DNA of 64,000 nt, taken from a bacterium (GTDB lineage: Bacteria; Electryoneota; JAOADG01). The notes beneath the pieces were generated by a model. It did no database searches and had not been told where the DNA came from. It was given only the letters and a program-made list of their open reading frames with translations. The stretch is taken from positions 4,180,868 to 4,244,867 of the forward strand of contig OY820579.1 in assembly GCA_963681965.1 (NCBI GenBank), in the 5' to 3' direction. The first letter of the stretch is position 1, and every line of letters starts with the position of its first letter. This document shows positions 47,114 to 56,930 of this stretch, one piece after another. The position numbers and the translations under genes are program-made.

Positions 47114-48955
47114 CTACTTTGCGTTCAGCTTCCCTTCGATCTTCTTCAGGGTCTGCATGATTTCGGGAATGCGCGGTGCAATATCACCATCGATCCGGTC
47201 GCGAATCGCGCGCAGTTCCAATTCCGTCTTGAGTCGAATTTCATACTCAATCACGGCACGGGAACGTTCGCGAACAATGCGCGATTTCTGCGAAATCATC
47301 ACCAATGCCGCCCACAATACCGTTACCCCAAGGAACAGAAACATCAGTTTGGTTTCAGTAGTCACATCGCCACGGAGGAACATGAATGCCAACGCACAGA
47401 TCCACAGCACAACCATGATGATTACGACCGGCCAACTTCCGAGACCTTCGACGATCTTCTCGGTCAGCAGCGAATCCTTTTCGAGTTGTTCGTTCAGGTT
47501 TCGGGTGATGCGTTTTTTCGAAACCAGATAATTTAAAATCTTGCGATCGATCGGCGTCAATTCACCGACTTTGCGCTTGAGTGCTTCGAGCGAATTTTCG
47601 TCTTCTTCACCACGATTCCGGTACGGCGGTCGCTGATCGCGATTCGGCGTATTTTCCGGACGACGGGTAACCTGTTCGCGGCGGGGATCCGGTCGCGGTT
47701 CCGGACGTCGCTCTTCACGCGGTTTCTCGACCGGATTGGGTCGATCGACGGAACTCAGTTTACCACGAATTGCCCCTTCGGACGTTCCGGTCGAGACCGG
47801 ACCGCGGGGACCGCCACCCATGTATTTGGATGATTCGGGACGATTCAACGGCGACGACGGTGGTGGCACATCGCGTCGTTGTTGCGGTTGCGGTCGTCGC
47901 GCTTCTTCCGGTTCCGGTCGCGATTCGGTACGGGATTCGGTGCGGGGTTCCGGACGCGGTCGGGGTTCCGGTCGCGGTCGTTCGGTTCGTTCCGGACGTT
48001 CCGGACGTTCCGGGCGTTCCGGCGGTTCACGCTTCACTACTTCTTCCGATTCCGCTCTCGGTTCGGGTCGAGTTTCGGCACGCGGTTCCGGACGGGGACG
48101 CGGTTCCGGTCGCGGTCGTGGTTGCGGTCGTTCCGGTGGTTCATCGGTCGCCCGGTCACTGCGAAATTCTACTCGCGGTATGATCGGAGTTGCCGGTGTG
48201 GCAGTGGTTGAAGTTCCTTCAGCGGTATCCGATTCGGACCCACCTTCGGATTTATCACTACCCTTGCGACGTCGCCGACGGCGGCGGGACGTGGATTGCT
48301 GATCGCCAGTGGCGGCGTCATCGACAAAGAGGGAATCGTCGCCATCTTCGCCATCGATATCATCCTCGGCATCTGTCTCCGGAATTGGTTCCGGTTCGGG
48401 AGTCGGTTTTGCGACGGCTGCCGGTTGATCGACAACCGGTTTCGGTTCTTCTTCGGATTTATTTTCAGCATCGGCAGCCGGTGCCGGTGGTGGTTGATGG
48501 AATCCTTCTAACGGATGTCCTTCGATCGCGCCGATTTCCGATTTTCGACCGAATTCAAATCCGGGGGGAAACGTCGCTTTAAAATTCGCTTTCGGGGTTT
48601 CTTTCACGGGAACGGGGCGTTCGACATGCTTGGGTGCGGATGGATCCGACTTCAAGTAGGGGAAATTGAAATCAATTTTAATCGGTTCGACAACGATTGG
48701 TTCCGGTGTCGGAGCGGATTCGGATGAAGTACTTTGTTCGGCTTCCGGTTGCGTTTCGGCAACACGCGGATCGAACAGCGATGGTTGTACCGGTTCGGAT
48801 ACTGCAGCTACTATCGGTGTACTTTCGACAACTGGTTCGGTAACTTGAGTTGGTTGTTTCCTGTTTTCAGTTGGTTGTATTGGTTCAACGGCGGCGGAAC
48901 CATCATTCGCCGGAGGAGCATGCTCCTCATTCTGATTGGTTCGATCTTCTGTCAT
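47114..48955 (-). CDS. Protein with a long disordered P/E/R-rich N-terminus and a C-terminal DUF1003-like two-TM domain
   Basis: RPEP/ERP repeats and a poly-Arg run; C-terminal GSW..........W..., LVMISQ.....R.RA..EYEI.LK.ELE. Overlaps the end of recX. Confidence 0.65.
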   Translation of the reverse strand: MTEDRTNQNEEHAPPANDGSAAVEPIQPTENRKQPTQVTEPVVESTPIVAAVSEPVQPSLFDPRVAETQPEAEQSTSSESAPTPEPIVVEPIKIDFNFPYLKSDPSAPKHVERPVPVKETPKANFKATFPPGFEFGRKSEIGAIEGHPLEGFHQPPPAPAADAENKSEEEPKPVVDQPAAVAKPTPEPEPIPETDAEDDIDGEDGDDSLFVDDAATGDQQSTSRRRRRRRKGSDKSEGGSESDTAEGTSTTATPATPIIPRVEFRSDRATDEPPERPQPRPRPEPRPRPEPRAETRPEPRAESEEVVKREPPERPERPERPERTERPRPEPRPRPEPRTESRTESRPEPEEARRPQPQQRRDVPPPSSPLNRPESSKYMGGGPRGPVSTGTSEGAIRGKLSSVDRPNPVEKPREERRPEPRPDPRREQVTRRPENTPNRDQRPPYRNRGEEDENSLEALKRKVGELTPIDRKILNYLVSKKRITRNLNEQLEKDSLLTEKIVEGLGSWPVVIIMVVLWICALAFMFLRGDVTTETKLMFLFLGVTVLWAALVMISQKSRIVRERSRAVIEYEIRLKTELELRAIRDRIDGDIAPRIPEIMQTLKKIEGKLNAK

Positions 48956-49460
48956 TCTTGTTCTCCTGTCGCTCAAGCGCCCGGAGAACCTTCAGGATTC
49001 GTTCGAGGGGGAAACCGCGCCGTTGCATACGACCGAGCCAGCGGCGTTGGCGTGTTTCCGAATCATCCTTAGCGAGTTTCCGCCATTCTTTTTCGGCGGT
49101 CGCTTGGAACAAATCAATCGATGGATCAGACTCCAAAGCAGCGGTTTCGTTCCGTACTGCTTCGGCGATTAACGAAGTGGGCACTTTTCGTTGCGCCATC
49201 TCCTGGCGGATTCGGTTCCAGCCGTATCCTTTTGCCAGCCGTGCGTGTGCGAAGTGCTCCGCAAACCGGCGATCGTCGAGATAGCCGGCACGTTCAAAAT
49301 CGTTCAGGATCGCTTTGGCAGTGGCTTCTGCCACTCCCCACTCACTCAGCTTTCGCGTCGCTTCTGCCAATGTCAGCGAGCGACGCGTCAAAGCCTGAAG
49401 TAGTTTTTTCCGCGCAGTGTCGGAATCCGGCACAGTCGCCAGTGGGCGATTAGTGTGCAC
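48927..49460 (-). CDS. recX: Regulatory protein RecX
   Basis: L.RR......E...[18 protein letters not shown]....V, RRGF; overlaps the recA stop. Confidence 0.88.
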   Translation of the reverse strand: MHTNRPLATVPDSDTARKKLLQALTRRSLTLAEATRKLSEWGVAEATAKAILNDFERAGYLDDRRFAEHFAHARLAKGYGWNRIRQEMAQRKVPTSLIAEAVRNETAALESDPSIDLFQATAEKEWRKLAKDDSETRQRRWLGRMQRRGFPLERILKVLRALERQENKNDRRSNQSE

Positions 49461-50523
49461 CGGTAATCGATGGTAACGGTAAACCGAGATGCTGGCGCAC
49501 TTCGCCTTCGAGGCGAGCGATCAGCTCCGGTCGATCTTCCAATGTTACTTTCGCGCGGTCGCGTCCTTGTCCAAGCCGCTCTTCCCCGTAGGAATACCAA
49601 GTTCCCGAGCGTGATACTATGTTCAGTTCGCTCGCCAAATCGATCAATTCTCCGGAACGGGAAATACCGGTTCCGTACATGATATCGAATTCCGCTTCGC
49701 GGAATGGCGGTGCGATCTTGTTCTTTACTACTTTAACGCGGGTACGGTTACCCGTGTGTTCATCCCCGTCCTTCAGCGACGCTATGCGCCGAATGTCCAA
49801 CCGAATCGATGAATAGAACTTCAATGCCTGTCCACCGGTGGTTGTTTCGGGGTTTCCGAACATCACGCCGATCTTCATCCGAATTTGATTGATAAAGATT
49901 AAGGCGGTGTTCGACTTTGAGACGGCGGCAGTCAGTTTGCGCAACGCTTGAGACATCAAGCGCGCTTGCAGACCGACGTGTGCATCGCCCATCTCGCCTT
50001 CAATTTCCGCTTTCGGAACCAGCGCAGCGACGGAGTCAACGACAATCACATCGAGCGCATTCGAGCGGACTAGAGTTTCGACGATGTCGAGCGCTTGCTC
50101 GCCATTGTCCGGTTGGGAAACCAGTAGATTATCGGTATCGACGCCGATTTTTCGGGCATACGATGGATCCAGTGCATGTTCGGCATCGATAAACGCCGCC
50201 GTCCCGCCCAGCTTTTGAGCTTGCGCGACTACGGACAGCATCAGGGTCGTTTTCCCTGAACTTTCGGGACCGTAAATTTCGGTAATTCGTCCGCGGGGTA
50301 TGCCACCGACGCCGAGGGCGGCGTCTAATGCCAGCACACCGGTCGGGATCACATCCACCTGTGCGATCGAGTTATTGTCACCCAATCGCATCACGGCACC
50401 TTTACCGAACTGTTTCTCGATCGCTCCGATCGCAATTTGCAGCGAACGCAGTTTTTCCTTCTCGCCGGCTTCTTCAGCGGCTGCTGCGGCTGCTTTCGCT
50501 TTTTCTGATGGTTCCTTCGCCAT
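49450..50523 (-). CDS. recA: Recombinase RecA
   Basis: [77 protein letters not shown]. Start at MAKEPS (ATG 50523). Confidence 0.98.
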   Translation of the reverse strand: MAKEPSEKAKAAAAAAEEAGEKEKLRSLQIAIGAIEKQFGKGAVMRLGDNNSIAQVDVIPTGVLALDAALGVGGIPRGRITEIYGPESSGKTTLMLSVVAQAQKLGGTAAFIDAEHALDPSYARKIGVDTDNLLVSQPDNGEQALDIVETLVRSNALDVIVVDSVAALVPKAEIEGEMGDAHVGLQARLMSQALRKLTAAVSKSNTALIFINQIRMKIGVMFGNPETTTGGQALKFYSSIRLDIRRIASLKDGDEHTGNRTRVKVVKNKIAPPFREAEFDIMYGTGISRSGELIDLASELNIVSRSGTWYSYGEERLGQGRDRAKVTLEDRPELIARLEGEVRQHLGLPLPSITGAH

Positions 50524-50816
50524 GGAGTTGTCCTTTTTCCCAACGTGGCAGCGGGAAATGATATGAAACATTCCTTCACCGCCGATTCCGAGTATACCGA
50601 ATTATTACCTTAAATGCCAATTCTCACAGGTCATGTGAAAAAAATGTCTTGAATCAAAAACCAATTTTTCCGGTTTCGAATCTCCGGGAAAGTGGTCGTT
50701 TACTAGCATCTCTTTTCGTGGTAATGGTCGACACATTCAAATATTAATGTAATTACAAATAGTTATTTTAAATAATTATTGTAATCGGTATTATACTAGC
50801 AAATATAATATAATGA

Positions 50817-51374
50817 CTAGCCAATTTTCCAACTTTTCAGAACAGTGTAAATCGGTCCGGTTTCAGCGAGTTCGCTTTTGAACAGAATCAACTGTTGTAC
50901 CGGCACGGTCTGAGGTGAGTAATTTACCCGCATCAGAAATGTTTGCAATGATTTAGGATCGTACAGCTCCTTAATCCGCATGACCGTGACATGAGGATTG
51001 AAGCCTTTGTCATCCGGTGGCGCACCGGCTTCGGTGCAGGCACGCTTGATCGTCGCAGCAAACGCTTTCAATGGATCGGATGCGAGACCCCCCACCCAGA
51101 TCACCTTTGGATTTCTAAGATTGGGGAACGTTCCGACCTGTTCCAGAATCAGTGGTTCGATTGCCGGGGTAGTCGCAACTGCCTCGCCAACCGAGGTCTT
51201 AAGCCGATCGAGTAGCGATTCCGGTACATCGCCCAAAAATTGAACGGTCAGATGGAGGTTGGTTGGTTTAGGAAATGTTCCACGCGCCGACCTTACCTCA
51301 CGGAGTACGTTGATGATATTACCAACCGCTTTTTGAACTGAGTCCGGTAACGGAATTGCTAAGAAAAGTCTCAC
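50817..51374 (-). CDS. thpR: RNA 2',3'-cyclic phosphodiesterase (2'-5' RNA ligase family)
   Basis: MRLFLAI, two HxT motifs (NLHLT.QFLG, F.PHVT), S.L...GP.Y; typical position upstream of recA. Confidence 0.9.
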   Translation of the reverse strand: MRLFLAIPLPDSVQKAVGNIINVLREVRSARGTFPKPTNLHLTVQFLGDVPESLLDRLKTSVGEAVATTPAIEPLILEQVGTFPNLRNPKVIWVGGLASDPLKAFAATIKRACTEAGAPPDDKGFNPHVTVMRIKELYDPKSLQTFLMRVNYSPQTVPVQQLILFKSELAETGPIYTVLKSWKIG

Positions 51375-51538
51375 GTTGAATCCTTTTGTCGTGGGTCAGG
51401 GTAGAAATTGGTTTTCATTCGTTCTGAAATTCATTTCACATCCGCACCGACGATATTTACCCCAGTAAGATCGTTGGTTGATGCGACAATTATTGTCCAT
51501 TCAATGTAACTGGAAAGCTGGTATTAGTGAAGTAGTGC

Positions 51539-52645
51539 TTACTGTTTCTTCCGAAGTCTAGCTTCTTCAAGCAGTTCGTTAATCCGGTACATGATATCGG
51601 CACAGTCATATATCCCGATAAAATTCCCCTCAGCGAGCGCAAACCGATACCCAAAACTTGTGGTCAATAAACTGAGATCGTATGCACCACCGACACTTTC
51701 CACCGTTCCAACTTCGACCGGTTTCGCTGGATTTGCCACGACGAAAACGCGCACGATTCCCGAGGATCCAGTTCCGATGAAAACAACGGAATCCTTCAAT
51801 ACGATGGCTTCACCGGGTGACGTTAGCTGCGAACTACTGAGTAACATCGGGTGGCTAGGATCGGTCATCCGATAGATTTGGAAACCGTCGTCGCGATCGA
51901 TCAGATAGAGCAAAGAATCATGTGTCGTGAAGGTGATACTGTTTCTAGGTGTCGGAATGGTGGAAGTCAGTCGAATTGAATCCGGTTTCGAAAGATCAAA
52001 ACACAAAATTCCTTTTTTTCGATCCAGTAGATAAGCCTGATGATAGCCGATCTTACAGGTTTTCGGAGAGCCTGAAAAGGGGCGAGAAAGATGCGTCAGC
52101 AGTTGACCCTGTTTCGAGATCGCGTACCGGTCAACACTTTGCGAACCGACAGCGATCGCTAGGTCAGTGCCATCGGTTTGGTGCTCGATTGCCAGCAAGT
52201 TGGCGGGAATCGATTGCGAGATCAATTCGGAAATTTCGACCCAAGCCGGTGCACCGTAGGATTCACTCTTCCAGTCGTAGCGATAGACTCGAAACCCTTT
52301 TTTACCGAGTGCGATGAAAAGGAATTGATCCGTGATTTCCAGAGCTTCGATGGTCGCATCCATCCGGAAAGTACCGTTCGGGCGAAGCGAGTCGGAATTG
52401 ACCAATTCGAACGATTCCAGCGAAGCGTCATTGGCGACAAATACGCGATTGCCGCAGGTGGCGATGTGACGGTAATCGGCAGTACGACTGGCACGCGCGA
52501 ACAGGCGAGTAATGCCTTTTCCAGACTTGCCTTTGGGAATAAAAGTCTGAGCCGGATCGACAGCTGCGACGATATTGATGATACCACCACCGAGCCAAAT
52601 TACGAACAGCAATATCGTCGTCTGAAAAAATCTTCTCCGCATCAT
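51539..52645 (-). CDS. Exported LVIVD-like beta-propeller protein without a CTD
   Basis: Signal peptide; degenerate repeats such as GFQIYRMTDPSHP and V.NPAKPVEVG. Confidence 0.65.
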   Translation of the reverse strand: MMRRRFFQTTILLFVIWLGGGIINIVAAVDPAQTFIPKGKSGKGITRLFARASRTADYRHIATCGNRVFVANDASLESFELVNSDSLRPNGTFRMDATIEALEITDQFLFIALGKKGFRVYRYDWKSESYGAPAWVEISELISQSIPANLLAIEHQTDGTDLAIAVGSQSVDRYAISKQGQLLTHLSRPFSGSPKTCKIGYHQAYLLDRKKGILCFDLSKPDSIRLTSTIPTPRNSITFTTHDSLLYLIDRDDGFQIYRMTDPSHPMLLSSSQLTSPGEAIVLKDSVVFIGTGSSGIVRVFVVANPAKPVEVGTVESVGGAYDLSLLTTSFGYRFALAEGNFIGIYDCADIMYRINELLEEARLRKKQ

Positions 52646-52649
52646 TTAC

Positions 52650-54725
52650 TTATTTCGATCTCACCGGGGCATGAGTGCCAGTAGTATCACTGCTGGAAGC
52701 AGTCGTTGCTGCCGGTATATCGGTAACCGAATCCGGTTCATCCTGCTGCAGTGTCTGTGCCGGAACTGGCGCAATCGCCTTGGTTCCTACCGTCGGTGTC
52801 TCGGTAGTTGGAACGAGTGGCTGCGGTTCGGCGGCAGGCGTATTGACCGGCGGTACCGATGGAACCGCATTATTTACCGTCACGCTCTTGCTGGATTGCG
52901 TTGGCGGTTGCTCAGTTTTTTTCGTTGTGGGTATAGTTGTTTCCGGAGTAGCCGGTTTTGTTGTTTCGACGGGAGCCACATCGTTCGGCTGTGATACCGC
53001 AGGGTTCTTCACTCTTTCACGATTTCGCTGCTCGGTCGGAATACCGGGATTATTCGGCTTCGCCGGGTTGCTCGAGTTATGAGGTTGGATGAATTCCGTC
53101 GAAGTGGTTTGTCGGGTACGAATCGCCGGAGTTGTCGTATTCGGCAGCGTATCGGGTTGCGTTCCAGTGCCGCCGATCGTGTGTCGATTTCGCTGAACTG
53201 TGGGAATTCCGTGCGATTTAATGTCGCTTCCAGTTGCAGTATCGGCACGTGTCGAATCGTGTGCATATAAATTGGAACCTTGACGCGGAACAACCGCAGT
53301 CGGAATTGCACCATTCAGATAGAGATTATTTTGATCGGATGGACCCGCTTGCTTGGTTCCGACCGGTATTGGATTCGTATGTCCCCGACTCTTCGGTGAG
53401 CGGGTAACACCGGTATAGGACTCGTAAATCACTACTGACGAATATGCCGCAATCGGTGCAAGTATCGGCACACTCGCATAAATGCGCGACTCCAAATCGA
53501 AGTAATTATAGACACTCAGGTATTTCGATTCAGCCACCAACATAACTAAGCGATTGTACAACGGGATCATGGTCAGATCGCGGGTCTGTCCGGGAGTTAC
53601 ATAGTAACCGATTTCATGGGGATATTTGGGATCGGTAATACTGACTGCGCGCACTCCCCCACCATTACTGCATGCCACAAACGCAACACTGTCGAGCATA
53701 ACAAAGTTCTCGGCTTCGCCATTCAGATCGCAGTAACCGAGTTCAGTGGGTGCATAGGTATTGCGGATGCTGTAGGTTCGAAATCCGAAATCGGAATCGA
53801 GGACATAGGCGATCGTGTCGCGAACAATGATATCGCGCGGAATCGTCGGCGTTCGCAGCATCCCGATTTGAATGGGAGATGCGGGATTTTCACAATCGAC
53901 GATGCGAATACCCCAAGTGGAATCGACGATAAATGCACGATCCTGTGTCCGATTGACAAACACTTTATAGTTGCTGCCCTTGGCTTGTAGATCGTGTGAA
54001 AACCGGACAATGCCGTCCTGCCAGAAATCGAAGATCCGCATCCCGTTCGGACCGACTGCATACAATCTCGGGTAATATCGGAAACTGGAACCATCGGACT
54101 GAGTCGTGTGATCGTAGTAAGCAAACTGCAATCCGATAAAGGGTGTATTCACGACTTTATAATTGAAATCGTTGCCGGTATAATTTTCGGGAATCGCTAC
54201 ACCGTAGGTTGGATAATCTTCAATTCGAGCGATCTCGGTGATGGCAATTCGCTCGGTTTTCACTAATTGCGAGGTGGGATCAACGTAGGTTCGATAGCGA
54301 TAAATTCGAATGCCCATTTCCCCAAGTGCGACATAGATAAAATGGTCGGAAACGGCGATATCTTCGATTTTCGCCGGCATCGAATCAATCGCAACCAATC
54401 GAATAAAATCGCCCCATTCATACTTTCGCAACGGCGACTCGACATGAAGAGTATCCGGTACTTGGAAGAGGTAAGTCTGAAGTACTGAATCATTGGCAAC
54501 AAATACGCGATCGTAGAACGGCACTACCCGGGTAAATTTGTTATTCTTGCCACCGGTGCGGAGCATCGCCCGGATTCCATTGCTGTCGGGTTTGCAATCG
54601 GGGATTGAATCTGTGATTGAATCGGTGGTTTCGGCATAACCGATTCCGACAGTCAAAAGCATGATTCCGAGCATCGCGAGACAGATGGTTCGAAGCGATC
54701 GGATGAGATAAGCAAGTCTTGTCAT
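52650..54725 (-). CDS. Exported LVIVD-like propeller with a Pro/Thr-rich C-terminal tail
   Basis: GIRIVDCENPASP and VSITDPKYPHEIGYY.TPG; long P/T/S-rich tail. The start is likely ATG 54725 (GAGG SD), since the ORF-track extension lies inside the MITE-like cassette. Confidence 0.65.
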   Translation of the reverse strand: MTRLAYLIRSLRTICLAMLGIMLLTVGIGYAETTDSITDSIPDCKPDSNGIRAMLRTGGKNNKFTRVVPFYDRVFVANDSVLQTYLFQVPDTLHVESPLRKYEWGDFIRLVAIDSMPAKIEDIAVSDHFIYVALGEMGIRIYRYRTYVDPTSQLVKTERIAITEIARIEDYPTYGVAIPENYTGNDFNYKVVNTPFIGLQFAYYDHTTQSDGSSFRYYPRLYAVGPNGMRIFDFWQDGIVRFSHDLQAKGSNYKVFVNRTQDRAFIVDSTWGIRIVDCENPASPIQIGMLRTPTIPRDIIVRDTIAYVLDSDFGFRTYSIRNTYAPTELGYCDLNGEAENFVMLDSVAFVACSNGGGVRAVSITDPKYPHEIGYYVTPGQTRDLTMIPLYNRLVMLVAESKYLSVYNYFDLESRIYASVPILAPIAAYSSVVIYESYTGVTRSPKSRGHTNPIPVGTKQAGPSDQNNLYLNGAIPTAVVPRQGSNLYAHDSTRADTATGSDIKSHGIPTVQRNRHTIGGTGTQPDTLPNTTTPAIRTRQTTSTEFIQPHNSSNPAKPNNPGIPTEQRNRERVKNPAVSQPNDVAPVETTKPATPETTIPTTKKTEQPPTQSSKSVTVNNAVPSVPPVNTPAAEPQPLVPTTETPTVGTKAIAPVPAQTLQQDEPDSVTDIPAATTASSSDTTGTHAPVRSK

Positions 54726-54761
54726 AATGACCTCGGGCAGTGAATTATCGGAAAAAATATA

Positions 54762-54908
54762 GTGGTTCTTGAAAAAATAAGTTGTCATGATTCGGTGTTC
54801 GGCTTCGCCGAACATGTACAGACAGGAGTGTCTGTACCTACAATTACCTGCGGGCGGACACGGGGGTCCGCCCCTACTACCGATAACAACTTATTTTCAA
54901 GAGAAACC
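54762..54908. mobile_element. MITE-like TIR cassette (copy B, with an extra 34-bp hairpin module)
   Basis: TTCTTGAAAAAATAAGTTGTCAT ... ATAACAACTTATTTTCAAGA; colinear with 36411-36520 except for an insertion at 54814-54847. Confidence 0.6.
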
Positions 54909-55042
54909 ATCGTTCCTCATTATAGTACGAAGAACGTAAAATTCCGGTTCCGGAGCAAAATCAAACAAAGGAATATACTGCTGAAAATTGTGATATCTGC
55001 TACCGGTAAGACAGTCGCATTTCGGGGATGTTTAATATTGAA

Positions 55043-56905
55043 CTAAGGCAGAATTACCATTCGATTCGTCGAACTAATCTTTTTGGCTTGGAAATGCCAG
55101 AAATACACTCCAGGAGCCAAATGCGGCAGATTGGGGATGATCGTACGCTCGCCAGTTCCAATGCGTAACAATCGGGTAGCATAGACCTCGCGACCGAGCA
55201 CATCGATCAGTGTTAATGTGCCATCGGTACGACCGGGTACCGATAGGGATAGTTTGACTGCACCCGTGGAATTGGTCGGATTCGGATAGGACGTCAATGT
55301 CGCAAATGACGGTACCAATCGGGTAGTAGGTTCGGTATTGGGCAGTACTTCGTAGAGCGCATCGTCATTCCAGACGAGCGCAAGGCGGTCGGCATTCGCA
55401 CCCGATAGATTAAAGCTTTGCTCTGCCTGCGTCAGCGTAACATAAAAATTCGTGGTGTCGGAGATAAAGCGAAGCGGCATTCCGGAAACAAAAGTCGACC
55501 CATTTTGAGTTTGTTTTACGGTTAGGCGGGCACCATTCATGGTTGGCGAGGCACTCCATATGAGAATCGGGTGTCCCGCTTGCGAGGTCCATTCCGTCAG
55601 AAAATTCAGCGAAGCACGATCACTGCCGCCTTCGGTAAAGGCGTTGATCAGATCGGGTGTCGTTACCGGTCGATAACGGTTCGTGCTGTAATAGTTCCGC
55701 AATCGCGACAGAAACGTGTCCTCCCCGATCCGCTTGCGCAGCATCTGCAACACCCACGCACCTTTGTTGTAGACAGTCGAGGAGAATAGGTTGTCGTCGG
55801 GGGGATCGATCAGAGGAAATGCGGATATTTTGGCTTCGCGGAAGTATCCTTCGGCGCGTAACCGGCGATTTTCCTTCGCAGAAACGGGATCACCGGCACC
55901 ATACTCGTAATACAGTCCTTCACAAAAGGTCGCGAAGCCTTCATTCAGCCAAATATGTTTGAAACTTCCACAGGTTACAATATCCCCAAACCACTGGTGA
56001 GACAATTCATGGGCATAAATCGATTCATAGCGCCGGTCGCCGGTGACCAAATTTGAACCGATGGTGGACATGGCGATATGCTCCATTGCACCGCTGCCAT
56101 TCATAATCGGCGCTTCCACCATCCCGTACCCATCTTCCGGGAAGGGGTAATCACCGAAGAGACTCGAATAGGTTCGGATCATATTCGGAGTATTCTGCCA
56201 GTCGAACTGTGCATTGGCAGCTCGCTCCGAGCGGGCGTAATAGGTCATGGGAACAATCGTACCGACAGCAGTAACGGCAGTATCGTTCCAAGTCAGAAAT
56301 GGTGCCGCAGCAAAGTGCGCCAGATAGGCGGTGATGGAAGTATGAGTGGAGATGGGAGTAGATCCTGTTACTGGTCGAATCCCGTTACTGACAGCGATCC
56401 AGCCGGGTGGAGTAACCACTGACACCGACCACTGAAACCGATCGTACGGTTCATCGACAATTGGCAGCCAGCGACGTGCGCCATAGGGTTCATCGAAAGT
56501 AAATGCGATGGTCGATTCCGAATGATACCCGACATCGCCTCTATCGGCAATCGGCGGAGCACGATAAACAAGATGAAGCGAGATGGTGTCGCCGACAATC
56601 GGCGGAGATGCATACTGCAGCGATAAATAACCGTCGCCGATCGTTACACCGGACAAAGGGGGTTGACCAACGATCGTATCGAATGCGAGATTTTCGGCGT
56701 GAAGCCGCAATGGTTGTGGCTTTTTTACGATTGCCTGCAGATCGACCGTCGCCCGCAATTCACCCGGTGAATCGGGTAACGTCAACAGGGCTTGAATCGC
56801 GAGTAAATCAAGGTTAAGTGAGTCGGGGTTCCAACTTTCGGCGACTTGAACGGTTGGCGGTTTTTCGACCGGGAGATCGGCGATCACTGCACTGGGTAGA
56901 AACAC
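55043..56905 (-). CDS. M1 family aminopeptidase with T9SS-type CTD
   Basis: GAMEH, HELSHQWFG...LNEGFA, Y.KGAWVL.MLR; C-terminal SYPNP...DVLGREV...PGVYF. Confidence 0.88.
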   Translation of the reverse strand: MFLPSAVIADLPVEKPPTVQVAESWNPDSLNLDLLAIQALLTLPDSPGELRATVDLQAIVKKPQPLRLHAENLAFDTIVGQPPLSGVTIGDGYLSLQYASPPIVGDTISLHLVYRAPPIADRGDVGYHSESTIAFTFDEPYGARRWLPIVDEPYDRFQWSVSVVTPPGWIAVSNGIRPVTGSTPISTHTSITAYLAHFAAAPFLTWNDTAVTAVGTIVPMTYYARSERAANAQFDWQNTPNMIRTYSSLFGDYPFPEDGYGMVEAPIMNGSGAMEHIAMSTIGSNLVTGDRRYESIYAHELSHQWFGDIVTCGSFKHIWLNEGFATFCEGLYYEYGAGDPVSAKENRRLRAEGYFREAKISAFPLIDPPDDNLFSSTVYNKGAWVLQMLRKRIGEDTFLSRLRNYYSTNRYRPVTTPDLINAFTEGGSDRASLNFLTEWTSQAGHPILIWSASPTMNGARLTVKQTQNGSTFVSGMPLRFISDTTNFYVTLTQAEQSFNLSGANADRLALVWNDDALYEVLPNTEPTTRLVPSFATLTSYPNPTNSTGAVKLSLSVPGRTDGTLTLIDVLGREVYATRLLRIGTGERTIIPNLPHLAPGVYFWHFQAKKISSTNRMVILP

Positions 56906-56930
56906 CGCAACCTCCGGTTAGCCAAGCCGA

